DNA of 64,000 nucleotides from Escherichia coli (GCF_048403405.1 NZ_CP183129.1), one strand, 5' to 3'; positions 53,324 to 64,000 are shown, counted from the stretch's first letter. Notes: generated by a model from the sequence alone, not told the origin. Numbers and translations: made by a program.

Positions 53324-54319
53324 ATGGCTTTAAGATTAAATTCTGTTTTTATACTTGCGGTGATTTGCAGTATCCAAATTTGTAGCGCTGCTATTTTAAG
53401 TAAAAGCTATTCACATAATGATATTCATATCACTCTGCCATTATTATTTAATGAGTACGATGATGTACTCAGTCAGTATGACGGGGCAAAATATTTATAC
53501 CCTAGTTCATTTGCTCTTGATGATGATAATAATATTTATATTCAGTATATTTTTGAGCCAAAACAAAAGGATAATATATTAGTTTGTTATAATAAAAAAG
53601 GAAATTACCTTGGGTACTATAAGATACCAAGTGGTGGGCGAGGCGGGGCTGGCGAAGGTTTGGCTATTATACAAGACTATAATGGGTTTAATGTTGTATA
53701 TGTCGTTTCGAATACGGGAACCTTGCAAAGATATAATATGGTGAGTAGCTTGTATGGTGACAGATTATTTAAGGAAAGAGATTTTTCAATTAATGCTTTT
53801 AACCAATTTTCGATGAGTCAAGACTATTGGCTTATTGAAGGTTATGAAAGCGAAAGAAGTATAAAGTATAGTAGAAATAGACTTGAACTATATTCAGTAA
53901 GTGGAGATTTATTAAGAGTAATTTATTTACAGAATAATTATTCTGGATATATTGTATCAGATGCGAGTCCTGATGCAAAGAATTATAATAAAAGACAAGG
54001 GATAGCTTTAGGTGATGGTTTTTTTGTTGCTAGTTATGGTGCCTTTTACTATTCCAAAATGGAAAGTACTTATAATACATATCAAGGCATTAGAGTTTTT
54101 GATTTTTCCGGAAAGCTTTTATCTGAAAAAATTTTCCATCCAAATGAAATGATGAATGTTCTCAAAAAAATGGGCTTAACAGTTTCTAGAATTGAAAATG
54201 AGGGAGTGATAGTCAAGAATAATACTATTTACAGTATGTATATTTATAGTGATAGATACCATCATAAAACCTCCAGAAGTGAAGGGATCATTATTCTACT
54301 GGATGAATTTACTCAATAA
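53324..54319 (+). CDS. hypothetical secreted protein
   Basis: 331-aa ORF with cleavable-type signal peptide MALRLNSVFILAVICSIQICSAAILS; no recognisable catalytic motif. Confidence 0.55.
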   Translation: MALRLNSVFILAVICSIQICSAAILSKSYSHNDIHITLPLLFNEYDDVLSQYDGAKYLYPSSFALDDDNNIYIQYIFEPKQKDNILVCYNKKGNYLGYYKIPSGGRGGAGEGLAIIQDYNGFNVVYVVSNTGTLQRYNMVSSLYGDRLFKERDFSINAFNQFSMSQDYWLIEGYESERSIKYSRNRLELYSVSGDLLRVIYLQNNYSGYIVSDASPDAKNYNKRQGIALGDGFFVASYGAFYYSKMESTYNTYQGIRVFDFSGKLLSEKIFHPNEMMNVLKKMGLTVSRIENEGVIVKNNTIYSMYIYSDRYHHKTSRSEGIIILLDEFTQ

Positions 54320-54480
54320 GAAATCAGACGAGTTTTCATTATATAAAAGTGATATGTTTATATGGTAAAATAATTATATGAACTAAATATATAGGAATAT
54401 ATTTTTATGAGTCATATAGTTATAAAAATAAGGATTCTTGAAGGTAATGCTTTTATTCTACGTTGATAATTTAGAATAAA

Positions 54481-55719
54481 TTATGATATTGACTTTGATC
54501 CAAACAAAAAATCTTTATTCATACCCAATGCATTCTCAAATTTTACTCCTCCATAATAACCCCCATTAACCTGCGTCTTCACCAATAAATACCCCCGAAA
54601 CTTCTTAAACAGTTTCATGTCCGGTTTAAAATCGGCCTGCCAGAACTGGTGCAAATGCCCTTGATACGTCAAGCCTTTGATGTCGTACAGGGCATTGCCC
54701 ATCACTTTGAGTGGTTTGTTATGAATCAGCGCAGAGATCCCCGCCGTACTGTTAATCGTCACTACCGCTTTTGCATGGCGTAATAATTCCGGCATCGGGA
54801 GATCGTGCACATAAATGACTCGCTCATCTAAGCCATATTCCTTACTCAATCGCTTAATTAATGGTCGATAGAGTCTGTGACCACGATCCATCGGATGATG
54901 TTTGATCACCAAATAACTTTCTTTCGGCGCTTTACGTGAAAATGAGTACATGACTTCATTAATATAGTCACGCACATCGTTATAATTACTGTGGTTACGA
55001 ATCTGGCTATCGTTATACACCTGCAAAACGGCAAGATAATAACGCTGATCCAGCTCATTCATTAACCTCGGCAATACCTTGCGCTGTGTTACCTTGTAAA
55101 GTTGCTTGCGCCAGTACGCACGAACCCAGCAACGTGCTTCATACCAGGGGGAAAATGATTTGTGGTGGCGGTAGCGAGGGAACTCATGACGGTAATGCCA
55201 GCCCATCAGGTAATACCACATCGCATGGCCAATGCGTTTCATCGTTGAAGGTTTTAAGTTCTCAACGTGCGGCGCAGGCATATCTGGCAACTTACGATAA
55301 AAATCCGGATCGCGCGGTAGCGAGGAATATGCGTTCACTCCGCCTTCTTCAACGGTTATAAATTGCGGGCGTAAATATCCTTCCTCAAATGCCAGAAAGC
55401 GGATCCCTTTCGACTTTGCCCAGCGTTTTGCTTCTTTGTGCAATGGGCGGCAGTCACCAAAGCAGAGGATGGTATCAAAGTCATATTGCCGGTGGAGAGC
55501 CCGTAACCATCCGGGAAACTCTTTCGGCGTTTGGTAGTAAGCCAGGTATTGTCGATGGCGGCAGTAAAAACGATCCCCGCCGTTGAAGACAACATTCACA
55601 GCGTTACGGCCTAATGACTCTAACCATTCGGCGACGTCATTGAAAAAAGGTCCCATCGGTCCCTGCAATAGCAGATATTTTTTACCCGATAATAAAATGG
55701 TTAGTGCGTTGCCTTGCAT
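54481..55719 (-). CDS. kpsS: capsule poly-Kdo linker transferase KpsS
   Basis: 412-aa ORF MQGNALTILLSGKKYLLLQGPMGPFFNDVAEWL...; last gene of kps region 1. Confidence 0.9.
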   Translation of the reverse strand: MQGNALTILLSGKKYLLLQGPMGPFFNDVAEWLESLGRNAVNVVFNGGDRFYCRHRQYLAYYQTPKEFPGWLRALHRQYDFDTILCFGDCRPLHKEAKRWAKSKGIRFLAFEEGYLRPQFITVEEGGVNAYSSLPRDPDFYRKLPDMPAPHVENLKPSTMKRIGHAMWYYLMGWHYRHEFPRYRHHKSFSPWYEARCWVRAYWRKQLYKVTQRKVLPRLMNELDQRYYLAVLQVYNDSQIRNHSNYNDVRDYINEVMYSFSRKAPKESYLVIKHHPMDRGHRLYRPLIKRLSKEYGLDERVIYVHDLPMPELLRHAKAVVTINSTAGISALIHNKPLKVMGNALYDIKGLTYQGHLHQFWQADFKPDMKLFKKFRGYLLVKTQVNGGYYGGVKFENALGMNKDFLFGSKSIS

Positions 55720-55753
55720 AAATAATCTGTGTAATAGTCAACTATGAAATTGT

Positions 55754-57781
55754 TTAGCCAAATCTGACCTTGCAGAACATAATTAATTTGCGGTAATAGC
55801 GTATTACCCGCCCCGCTTTTTTTCGGGTAATAAACATCGGCTTACGCGGCGTCTGGATTAAATATTCCGCAGCTTCCTCAACCGTAATAGGCTGTAGCCG
55901 TGTTGGGTGAATATATGTTGGGTAAACAATCAACGCCTGATAGATCAAGTCTGCTATCGTTAATCTGCGCTCGCGGCGCGGGCAATGATGTTCATCAACG
56001 GTTAAACCCCAACCGGCATAGAAGGGCAGGCCGTAACAATGAACTTGCTTGCCATGTAATAACGCTTCAAACCCGGACAATGATGTCATGGTGTGCACTT
56101 CATCTGCGCGCTGGATGCATTGAATAATATCTGCGTCCAGTGCCTGATAATCAGCGAGTTCAGCAATTAGTTCTGTCGGAATATTGCCCTTGCGATTCCC
56201 CACCAGTACATCCGGGTGCGGTTTATAAATAATGTAAGCGTGCGGATTGCGCTCGCGTACTGTGCGTAATAACTCAAGGTTGCTCTTAATCGACACAGTG
56301 CCTGTTTTAATTGAGGCATCGTCTTCTACCTGACCCGGCACCAGGATGATTTTTTTATCTTTGGCCTCGGCAGGCAGAGAGAAATCGGCCCCCAGGTTGT
56401 ATTTGCTCAGTTTGCTTTCAACCAGTCGCTGGCGTAATTTTTCAGCTCGCATCTGCTGCGCCAGCGTTAACTGGCTGTGATTAAGCAGGACTTCCAGGTC
56501 GCTGGGGCGCGTGGCGTCATAGTAGATCCCGCGTTTATCCAGTACCAACGATAGCGGCGGCAAAAGGTCAGAGCCAAGTCCGGATGAACGCAGAAAACCA
56601 TCTTCCATTCGCCATAACGGCAGTGATTTTTGTTGCGCTTCGGCTAGCCATTGCTGTTCTCCCTTTACACCCCATACCACGCAAGCCGTCGCCGCAGTAC
56701 AACGGCGTGAATAACTCAGTCTGTTTGTTGCGGTACACAAGAAAGGTTTCAGGATTGCCGACTTCCACAGCGTTAAGCCTGGCGCCCATAAATAGCCATT
56801 ACGCTGTTGCTGATGGTTGCGCTGTAATTGCAGCCATTGCAGTACGGTAAACAGATCGCTTGCGGCCCCCGTGAGCGGGTCGATATAGCGACAGTAACGC
56901 AGGTATGCAGCGGCAAAAAGTTCTTCCAGCGTGGCAGAACCGCGTCGGGCAGATAACAAAGCGGACTGCGGATGGCGATCGTCGGTTAAGCCCCAGCCTG
57001 CATACCAGGGCTGGCCGAAACATGTTACTGGTTTTCCTGCCAGCAAGGCTTCAAAGCCGTATTGGGATGTCACGACGTAAACCCGGGAAACGTGTCGCAA
57101 TAGCGACTGCGGGCTGACATTCTCGGCAATCAAACGTACTCGTTGCGTGGCACGCAGATCAGCGAAATAACCTGTTTTCTTTCCTTCCAGGACATCCGGA
57201 TGCACCTTCACCCAAATTTCGGCTTGAGGATTTTCCTCCATCGCAGCTTCCAGCATGGCAGCAAACTCATGCGGGCCAGCATTGCCATACGTCACGGACA
57301 TGTCATTAAATGTCTGATCGACAACCAGAACGATGTCTGCACGTTCTGACTCATCAGCCACAAATGCAGGCGCCAGGTTATATTTCGACAAATCCCCGGT
57401 CACGATGGTGTGCATCGCTTCTCTGGCCTGATCAGCCAATGCCGCATTTCCGGCTTTATCCTGTACCAGTTTCTCCAGCGCCGAAGGCTTGCTGGCATCG
57501 TAGTAAATGCCACAATCATCCACCACCAGAGAAAGCGGCGGCTCGCCATTGACGCCAAGATCCAGCGAACGCACAAATCCATCTTCCAGACGAATGACGG
57601 GTTTTCCCGCTGCTTTGGCGATGGCGACTGGTTTCGCCGCGCTGGGACGATGTCCCCACACGGCGATAGCATCGACGTTTTGCGGAACAGGGCGCAGCAG
57701 AGAAAGTTTCTGGCATGGTTGCGCCAGAAATTTCTCCAGATGCGGAATACGCCAGATGCCAGGCGAGTAAATGCCAATCAT
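55754..57781 (-). CDS. kpsC: capsule poly-Kdo linker transferase KpsC
   Basis: 675-aa two-domain ORF; overlaps kpsU stop. Confidence 0.9.
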   Translation of the reverse strand: MIGIYSPGIWRIPHLEKFLAQPCQKLSLLRPVPQNVDAIAVWGHRPSAAKPVAIAKAAGKPVIRLEDGFVRSLDLGVNGEPPLSLVVDDCGIYYDASKPSALEKLVQDKAGNAALADQAREAMHTIVTGDLSKYNLAPAFVADESERADIVLVVDQTFNDMSVTYGNAGPHEFAAMLEAAMEENPQAEIWVKVHPDVLEGKKTGYFADLRATQRVRLIAENVSPQSLLRHVSRVYVVTSQYGFEALLAGKPVTCFGQPWYAGWGLTDDRHPQSALLSARRGSATLEELFAAAYLRYCRYIDPLTGAASDLFTVLQWLQLQRNHQQQRNGYLWAPGLTLWKSAILKPFLCTATNRLSYSRRCTAATACVVWGVKGEQQWLAEAQQKSLPLWRMEDGFLRSSGLGSDLLPPLSLVLDKRGIYYDATRPSDLEVLLNHSQLTLAQQMRAEKLRQRLVESKLSKYNLGADFSLPAEAKDKKIILVPGQVEDDASIKTGTVSIKSNLELLRTVRERNPHAYIIYKPHPDVLVGNRKGNIPTELIAELADYQALDADIIQCIQRADEVHTMTSLSGFEALLHGKQVHCYGLPFYAGWGLTVDEHHCPRRERRLTIADLIYQALIVYPTYIHPTRLQPITVEEAAEYLIQTPRKPMFITRKKAGRVIRYYRKLIMFCKVRFG

Positions 57782-58518
57782 GCGTTTTCAGCCAGTTCCT
57801 GTGCCCTCAGGGCGCGCACTTTTTCCAGGCATGCTGGGGTGTCGACGCCCGGACCGGTTGCGGCAATCTCAAACGTGCGAATGTTGATCCCCGCGTTCAT
57901 TAACCGTAGCTGCTCCAGTGATTCTGCCTGCTCTGGCATGGACTCCGGTAACTGGCTGTAGTTTTGCAGCACATCGCGACGATAAGCGTAAATACCAACG
58001 TGTTTCAGGTAGCGCGCTTTTTCAGCATTACGCGGATAGGGAATCGGCGAACGGCTAAAATAAAGCGCATCCTGGCGGGTATTTACCACCACTTTTACCG
58101 TGCTTGGCTCGGTCGCTTCTTCGGCAGAAATCGCGTGGCATAGCGTTGCCACTGGCAACGCGGGGTCATCACGCATTCCTTGTAACAGCGTTCCTACATC
58201 CCGTGGGCGAATCATTGGTTCGTCGCCCTGCAGGTTAATGTTGATATCTGCCTCGACTTTATGCATCACCTCGACCAGCCGATCGGTGCCGGATTCATGA
58301 TCGTTGCGCGTCATGATGGATTTCCCGCCAAATGCCTGCACGGCCTTTTCAACACGCTGATCGTCTGTTGCCACCCAAACTTCCGCAACGCCCACCACCT
58401 GTAACGCACGCTCGTAAACATGCTGGATCATCGGTTTACCAACAATATCGAGCAGTGGCTTACCCGGCAGGCGCGATGAGCCATAACGAGCCGGGATGAC
58501 AATAACAGCTTTGCTCAT
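57778..58518 (-). CDS. kpsU: CMP-Kdo synthetase (capsule-specific)
   Basis: 246-aa [41 protein letters not shown]... Confidence 0.92.
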   Translation of the reverse strand: MSKAVIVIPARYGSSRLPGKPLLDIVGKPMIQHVYERALQVVGVAEVWVATDDQRVEKAVQAFGGKSIMTRNDHESGTDRLVEVMHKVEADININLQGDEPMIRPRDVGTLLQGMRDDPALPVATLCHAISAEEATEPSTVKVVVNTRQDALYFSRSPIPYPRNAEKARYLKHVGIYAYRRDVLQNYSQLPESMPEQAESLEQLRLMNAGINIRTFEIAATGPGVDTPACLEKVRALRAQELAENA

Positions 58519-58527
58519 TTCAACTCC

Positions 58528-60207
58528 TTACAAAGACAGAATCACTTTTGCACCCACCGCCAGCTGATAGAGGATGGTGGAAATACCACGGGTAACTTCA
58601 ATATTTTTCGATTCATATTTCGGCAGAACCATAATCTCATCGCCCGGTTTGAGTGAATCCACATCTTCTGCGTTGACGGCTGCACCGTTCTGACGAATGA
58701 CGATAATTCTGGCGTTACCCGATTTTTGCGTCAGGCCACCACATTTCTCGATGTAATCCTCGGTGGTCATACCCTTCTGCCAGCTCACCGCGTTCGGGAA
58801 CAGCACTTCGCCATGAACCATAACCAGCGATGTTTTCTCCGGAATATTGATGACGTCGCCATCTTCAAGCAGAACAGAATCAATATTGGATTCGTTGAGG
58901 ATCACTTCACCTTTCGGAACCACGGTGCGTGCTTTCGCCACAAAGCGGCTGATCAGTTGTGCTTCCTGCATTCGCAGGCTGGCTTCTTCTTTGGTGGATG
59001 ACTGGGCAGAAAGTGATGCTTCCTCCAGCTTTTGCAGCGAGAGATTCAGCATCTCTTTCTGACGCTGAGCCACTGATGGGCGATAAAGCTGAACTGCGTT
59101 CATCTGCGACATGCTGTTCGGGCGGACTTTTTCCAGAACTGCACGCATAGTGGAACCATAAGGCAGTACCATGGCATGTTCACCGGAGTGTGCGCCTTCA
59201 ACCCGCACCTGAATGGTGCCAGCATAGCGGTCAGTGCTCACGATTAAGGTATCGCCGTTCTGCAACATACGGCCTGGCGCAGAACTGATCGGATAGTATT
59301 CGCTGCGTTTTTGCAGCCCCTGTTTACGCATAATCGTAATGTGAGTCGCGCCAGGCTTAGGGCGCGCCCAGCTCAACGCTTCCGTTACGGGAATGCTGCT
59401 TTCGCGGAACTCAAAGTCGTAGCTGTTAAAGACATCGCCCTGAACGCTGAAAGTATGCTGACGCGGCCCGACGATGATGGTGTCACCATCGGCGAACTGC
59501 GAAAGCCCCAGTTTGCCGTTCAGCAGGAAGTCGTACAGGTTAACGTTGGAGCGCACGCGGTTACCGCGCTTGACCACAATATCAACGTAACTTCCGCGCT
59601 CTGGATCAACGCCGCCAGCCTTGATCAGATAATTGAGTAACGAATCAGACGTCACACCGCCATACAGACCAGGATTACGCACAAATCCGGTCACGTACAC
59701 TTTTACTGGCTGCGCCTGTAATAAGGAGGCGTAGACGTTGACGTTGGACTGGTATACTTCCTTCACTTTGGATGTGACCAGGGCATTTAGCTGACTATTA
59801 CTGACGCCAGCAACTTTCACCGGACCAACGTTCGGCAGGAAAATATTACCTTTGGGATCAACCTGTAACGCACCATCAAAGGTGAACGCACCCCACAAGC
59901 GAACCTGAATGCTATCACCCGGATTCAGAATATAGTCAGGGTTGAATCCTACCGTCGCACCGCTATCCGCGCTGGTGCCGTTGAAAAGTTGAGCACCAAA
60001 CATACGGCTCATTACCACCGGCGGTGCGGGCGGCGGGGTATTGTCGAAGCCGCTCATGTTTTGCGTATCCGACTTCTGTCCGTTCAGAATACCGGTAAGC
60101 GGCGCGGCTCCTGTCAGGTTTGGGTCAGCGTTAATATCAATGACCGCGCTGGCCTGCGCCGCGTGACAGGCGGCAATCAGTAAAATTGATTTAAATAATT
60201 TCATCAC
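58528..60207 (-). CDS. kpsD: capsule export outer-membrane/periplasmic protein KpsD
   Basis: 559-aa ORF with signal peptide MMKLFKSILLIAACHAAQASA. Confidence 0.9.
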   Translation of the reverse strand: MMKLFKSILLIAACHAAQASAVIDINADPNLTGAAPLTGILNGQKSDTQNMSGFDNTPPPAPPVVMSRMFGAQLFNGTSADSGATVGFNPDYILNPGDSIQVRLWGAFTFDGALQVDPKGNIFLPNVGPVKVAGVSNSQLNALVTSKVKEVYQSNVNVYASLLQAQPVKVYVTGFVRNPGLYGGVTSDSLLNYLIKAGGVDPERGSYVDIVVKRGNRVRSNVNLYDFLLNGKLGLSQFADGDTIIVGPRQHTFSVQGDVFNSYDFEFRESSIPVTEALSWARPKPGATHITIMRKQGLQKRSEYYPISSAPGRMLQNGDTLIVSTDRYAGTIQVRVEGAHSGEHAMVLPYGSTMRAVLEKVRPNSMSQMNAVQLYRPSVAQRQKEMLNLSLQKLEEASLSAQSSTKEEASLRMQEAQLISRFVAKARTVVPKGEVILNESNIDSVLLEDGDVINIPEKTSLVMVHGEVLFPNAVSWQKGMTTEDYIEKCGGLTQKSGNARIIVIRQNGAAVNAEDVDSLKPGDEIMVLPKYESKNIEVTRGISTILYQLAVGAKVILSL

Positions 60208-60227
60208 AAACTCATTCAGCGACAGCG

Positions 60228-61376
60228 TTAGTCTCGGTGATCTTCAATAACAGCCAGCAACAGTTTCAGGGTGCCGAACAGTAAGCAGCACACCAGTAAC
60301 CAGCAGGCGATCAAATAAGGGATATTTGGAAAAGACGATTCCTGCGGCAACTGTGGCGAACTGATCACTGACAGCACCTTGAGCTTACGAGCCGCTTCTA
60401 CACGGGTCTTTTCAATGGAGGTCAGGGTCAGTTTGTACAGCTCGGTGTTGAACTCTACTTTTGATTTGATTTCTTCAAAATCCACTGCCATACGGTTTAG
60501 CTTGTCACCCTGTGGCGCAGTGATTTTGCTTTTTTCTTCGTCAATTTGTGCCTGCAATGACTGAATCGCATTACGCGCACTCACAACTTGCGGGGCGTCC
60601 TCACGCAGATACGTCAGCAAGTTCCGCAGGTCCGCTTCCATCTGGATCTTCTGGCCCATCAGCGTATTCACTAACGTGCTCGCCGCCTGTGCCTGTGCCT
60701 GTGGATCCAGAACGTTGTTGTTGTCCTGATAAGAGAGCAATTCCGCTTTGCTGGCGTCCAGACGCTGGCGTGCCTTTTCCATCTCCGTTTCTGCAAAGGC
60801 AAGCTGGTCACGCGCGATGCGATGTGACATCTCATTGATAAAGCGCTCTGACTCTTTCAGCACGGTTTGGTTAAACTTAAGCGCAAACTCCGGGCTAAAG
60901 CCCTGCGTCTGAATATTCAGTAATCCGGTTTTATCGTCATACGAGACGTTGATACGGTCCTTGTAGTACTTCAGGAAGCCTTCTGCGGTTTCATCCTTGC
61001 TAAGATGATTAAGAAAATCGAGCCCGCTGTGGCTAAACGCTTCACGAAAATTTAGTTGCTTATCCAGCGCCGCCAGCATATCCGGCGAGTTGATGTACTC
61101 TTTCAGATACAACGCATCTTCTGCGGAACTGGGGTTAGAGGCACCCAGAAGCAGACCAAAATTCAGGCTGCCGCTGTTTAAATCATCCGAGCGTTTAATG
61201 GCGACTTTCGACTCGCTCATATAGCGAGGCTGGCTGAAGATAGCCAGATAGATCAGCAGCACCGCCATCGGTGCCAGAATGATGATTTTTGCCAGGTGCT
61301 TTTGGATATCTGCCAGTGAGATGGCAGACAGACGAGCACGCATCCAGGATACGGCAGACTTCACTTTTATCAACAT
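60228..61376 (-). CDS. kpsE: capsule export inner-membrane (polysaccharide co-polymerase type) protein KpsE
   Basis: 382-aa ORF with N-terminal TM helix, coiled-coil periplasmic region and C-terminal hydrophobic segment. Confidence 0.9.
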   Translation of the reverse strand: MLIKVKSAVSWMRARLSAISLADIQKHLAKIIILAPMAVLLIYLAIFSQPRYMSESKVAIKRSDDLNSGSLNFGLLLGASNPSSAEDALYLKEYINSPDMLAALDKQLNFREAFSHSGLDFLNHLSKDETAEGFLKYYKDRINVSYDDKTGLLNIQTQGFSPEFALKFNQTVLKESERFINEMSHRIARDQLAFAETEMEKARQRLDASKAELLSYQDNNNVLDPQAQAQAASTLVNTLMGQKIQMEADLRNLLTYLREDAPQVVSARNAIQSLQAQIDEEKSKITAPQGDKLNRMAVDFEEIKSKVEFNTELYKLTLTSIEKTRVEAARKLKVLSVISSPQLPQESSFPNIPYLIACWLLVCCLLFGTLKLLLAVIEDHRD

Positions 61377-61447
61377 GTAACGATTATCAAAGTTTCAGTG
61401 GGGCGCAAACTCAATGAGAGACTAACCTCTCGAACCCCGTTGCTTAA

Positions 61448-62431
61448 TTAGTCGAAAATGCGCACAAGGCCAGTGACTTTATTTGCCTTGTTGGTCACCA
61501 ATAACGTTGAGACGCGGTGCTTTTGCATTTTTTCTTCCGCTTCAATGATCATGGTGTCTTCCGGTAGCGTCAGCGGTTCACGTGTCATCATCTGCGCAGC
61601 CGTAGCGGATGTCAGAGAACCCTCTTTTTCCATAAAACGACGCAGGTCACCGTCGGTGATAATGCCCGCTAGCCCACCTTCTGCGTCTTCTACCATCACC
61701 ATTCCCTGGCATCCGCTGGTGATACGTTGAATCACGGTTTTAAATGACGCATCCAGCTGTACCGCAGGAACATCATGCTGCATGACATCAGCAACGCGGG
61801 TCAGCAGGCGACGACCTAATGAACCGCCCGGGTGATAGCGCGCAAAATCATTCGGCATAAATTTGCGTTGGTGGATCATGGCAATCGCCAGCGCATCGCC
61901 GATCGCCATCGTCAGCGTGGTAGACGTTGTTGGTGCAAGATTATTCGGGCAGGTTTCATTCGCCATGTGGAGTTCCAACACGGCATCAGCATTTTTCGCC
62001 AGCGTGGAATTTCCATTATTGGTAATGGCGATAATTCGATTGCCGAAATTTTTCAGTGAAGGAACTAGCTTGAGGATTTCATCCGTTTCACCGCTGGCAG
62101 AAATAAGGATCAGAAGATCGTAAGGCGTAATCATGCCCAGATCGCCATGGAAAGCTTCTGCAGGATGAATAAAGAAACTAGGCGTACCCGTAGAGGCCAG
62201 CGTCGCTGATATTTTACGACCGACATGCCCTGATTTACCCATTCCCGAAAGAATAACGTGCCCTTTACAGTTCATTATCAAATTAAGGACACGCTGGTAC
62301 TGCCCGGAATCCAGTTGTTTAGACAAGTTTTGTAATGCTGCGCTTTGTTCTGCCAGAGTCTGGCGAACAGAGGTAATTAGATATGGATCGATAGTACTGC
62401 TCTGGTCATCAGGTAAATGTCTTTCAGACAT
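61448..62431 (-). CDS. kpsF: arabinose-5-phosphate isomerase (capsule-specific)
   Basis: ORF track 61448..62467; likely start is the ATG giving MSERHLPDDQSST..., preceded by aaggag RBS; SIS and CBS domains. Confidence 0.9.
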   Translation of the reverse strand: MSERHLPDDQSSTIDPYLITSVRQTLAEQSAALQNLSKQLDSGQYQRVLNLIMNCKGHVILSGMGKSGHVGRKISATLASTGTPSFFIHPAEAFHGDLGMITPYDLLILISASGETDEILKLVPSLKNFGNRIIAITNNGNSTLAKNADAVLELHMANETCPNNLAPTTSTTLTMAIGDALAIAMIHQRKFMPNDFARYHPGGSLGRRLLTRVADVMQHDVPAVQLDASFKTVIQRITSGCQGMVMVEDAEGGLAGIITDGDLRRFMEKEGSLTSATAAQMMTREPLTLPEDTMIIEAEEKMQKHRVSTLLVTNKANKVTGLVRIFD

Positions 62432-63828
62432 ATCAGCTCCTTTGCACGGAAATAATGCCACAGTCACAACAAACCTGAACCCACTATAATTTATTTATGC
62501 TAAATCAATGGGTTGTAACAAAATTTTTAATGAATATAAAACCATGGTCAGTCCATGCTTATATGCAGGACTTATCACCTTCTTATTAAGTCGCAATGTC
62601 TCATGGAGGTGCGAAGACGCTGCAATATTACAGGCGAGAAAGGGAACCAAATTTTGCCCACCTATTTAACACACTCCTACATTATGAACAAGGAATTTAG
62701 GATTTTTATCATTTATTAAAATGTTTCCTACTTGACTATTAATGCCAAAAACAATTTATCAATTGATTATTTCCTTGTAAAAAAAGAACGTATGACTATG
62801 TTATTAATAAATAAAACACGCAAATAATGGTGATGTTGTTTTGTGATTAATTATTTAAGTGATTCATAATAAACAGGTTGACAATTTCTATGTAAAGAAG
62901 AGGAAAATAATAAAATTTTAGCGGTGACTATTGAGTGATATGATAGTTGTGGTGTTGATTATTTCTGGTAATGAATGCGGAATTAAATCTGGCCGGATTG
63001 TATTTTTGCTATATCTATTTTTCAGGAGATTATTATTAAATAGAAAAATAACAATGGTGATTATCTCCGGTTGAGCTGGAGTCACGTATGCCAGCGAGTG
63101 CTTTCTTCCGGGCCTTCCTTCACTTCAGAGAAAGAGCCTATGGAAAAGAGGCAATCATCAGGCTCTTTTTGAGTCATATGCGCCGATAATCAACTGTCTT
63201 GAACGTAAAAATTATGGAGCAACATGATGCTACGATTCATTTCACTCTTCGTTCTTTCTGAGCATTGCGTTCAGGATGGTCAGCAATTTACGCATACAGT
63301 CAACCAGCGCCACTTTTTTGGTTTTTCCGGGTGCTGGCAGATGCATGTAAAACGCCTCTTTCACCGGATTAAACCAGGTTACCACAAGCGCTGCCATGTG
63401 CAGGGCTGCTCTTGCCTCCGTACGCGCACTGGCGTCGTTCGGCCAGCAGATATGTGTGGGATAACAGGGATGTTATGTGAACTGAACTGTGTTTTGCTAG
63501 CGGGGGATGTTTATTGATGATTCGGGAGTGTTTAAGACCTGATGGCGTTATGCACCCAAGTTTATTTTATATAAAGATCCAAAAGCAAAAACCCGCCTTG
63601 TGGGCGGGTTCTTAAGAATTAGTGGTGCCCGGAATCGGAATGAAACTGATTGTATAACAAATTGTTTTATATAGATTATTTTGTATTTGTTGTTTTTGAG
63701 GCCACCAATGAGGCCCCCATGTGCAATTCGAATTCTTTTGACGCTATAATCCCTCTTTTTTGTGCTTTGCTGTAATCATTTGGTCTGGTTCGATATGCTG
63801 AATTGTGGAATCGTACTTAACGCGTTTG

Positions 63829-64000
63829 TTAGCTGGTCAGAACACTTAGCGCTGTTTGTCTGAAACTGGAATAGGCTTCTTCCCAGTTAATCTGTGTATT
63901 ACCAAATACCATCGGTTTAACAAATCGTTGAAAGCGCAATTTGTGTACAGGATAATCCCGGAGTGCATCCAGCCCTTTCTTAAGTTCATCAACTGGTGAG
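63829..64000 (-). CDS. C-terminal end of an unidentified protein running off the window
   Basis: Reverse-strand frame open from the window edge to a stop at complement of 63829-63831 (...KPMVFGNTQINWEEAYSSFRQTALSVLTS*); product not recognised. Confidence 0.3.
   Translation of the reverse strand, partial: SPVDELKKGLDALRDYPVHKLRFQRFVKPMVFGNTQINWEEAYSSFRQTALSVLTS

Noticed and set aside
63224-63517. 97-aa forward ORF upstream of the kpsF promoter region
   Set aside because: No RBS, cysteine/histidine-rich odd composition and no recognisable family; kept out of the feature list as probably non-coding.
63500-64000. tRNA-Phe (pheV) expected beside a group 2 capsule locus
   Set aside because: No sequence resembling the tRNA-Phe acceptor or T-arm was found in the last 500 bp; the tRNA, if present, lies beyond the window.

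Overview
This window reads as an Escherichia coli chromosomal segment, collinear (in reverse orientation) with the K-12 metC-exbBD-hyb-gss-pitB-yghTSRQ-glc region, but carrying three accessory blocks that K-12 lacks. Identifications rest on reading the supplied translations against protein sequences and motifs I recognise; no database search was run. Core part (1-21.6 kb): metC (partial), exbB, exbD, yghA, yqhA, gpr, an intact yghX, yghW, the hydrogenase-2 operon hybOABCDEFG, yghU, gss, pitB and the yghT/yghS/yghR/yghQ group. Accessory block 1 (21.6-30.8 kb) is the most interesting: an uncharacterised gene, a YtfJ paralog, an LptF/LptG-like permease pair, and a convergent four-gene operon (acyl-AMP/ACP ligase, NAD-binding reductase, dedicated ACP, alpha-oxoamine synthase) next to a divergent YghO N-acyltransferase-like gene. 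This matches the gene logic of bacterial ceramide/sphingolipid synthesis, which is not considered part of E. coli lipid metabolism. Then comes the glycolate operon glcC/glcDEFGBA. Accessory block 2 is an IS4 copy with an 11-bp target duplication, followed by a type II secretion remnant (gspK fragment, frameshifted gspL, gspM). Accessory block 3 (44-62.5 kb) is a complete group 2 capsule (kps) locus: kpsMT, an AT-rich serotype-specific region 2 encoding a teichoic-acid-like glycerol-phosphate polymer pathway (TagD-like, LicD-like, a 1266-aa TPR-TagF-GT4 polymerase, two unknown proteins), and kpsFEDUCS. No rRNA, tRNA or CRISPR array was seen.
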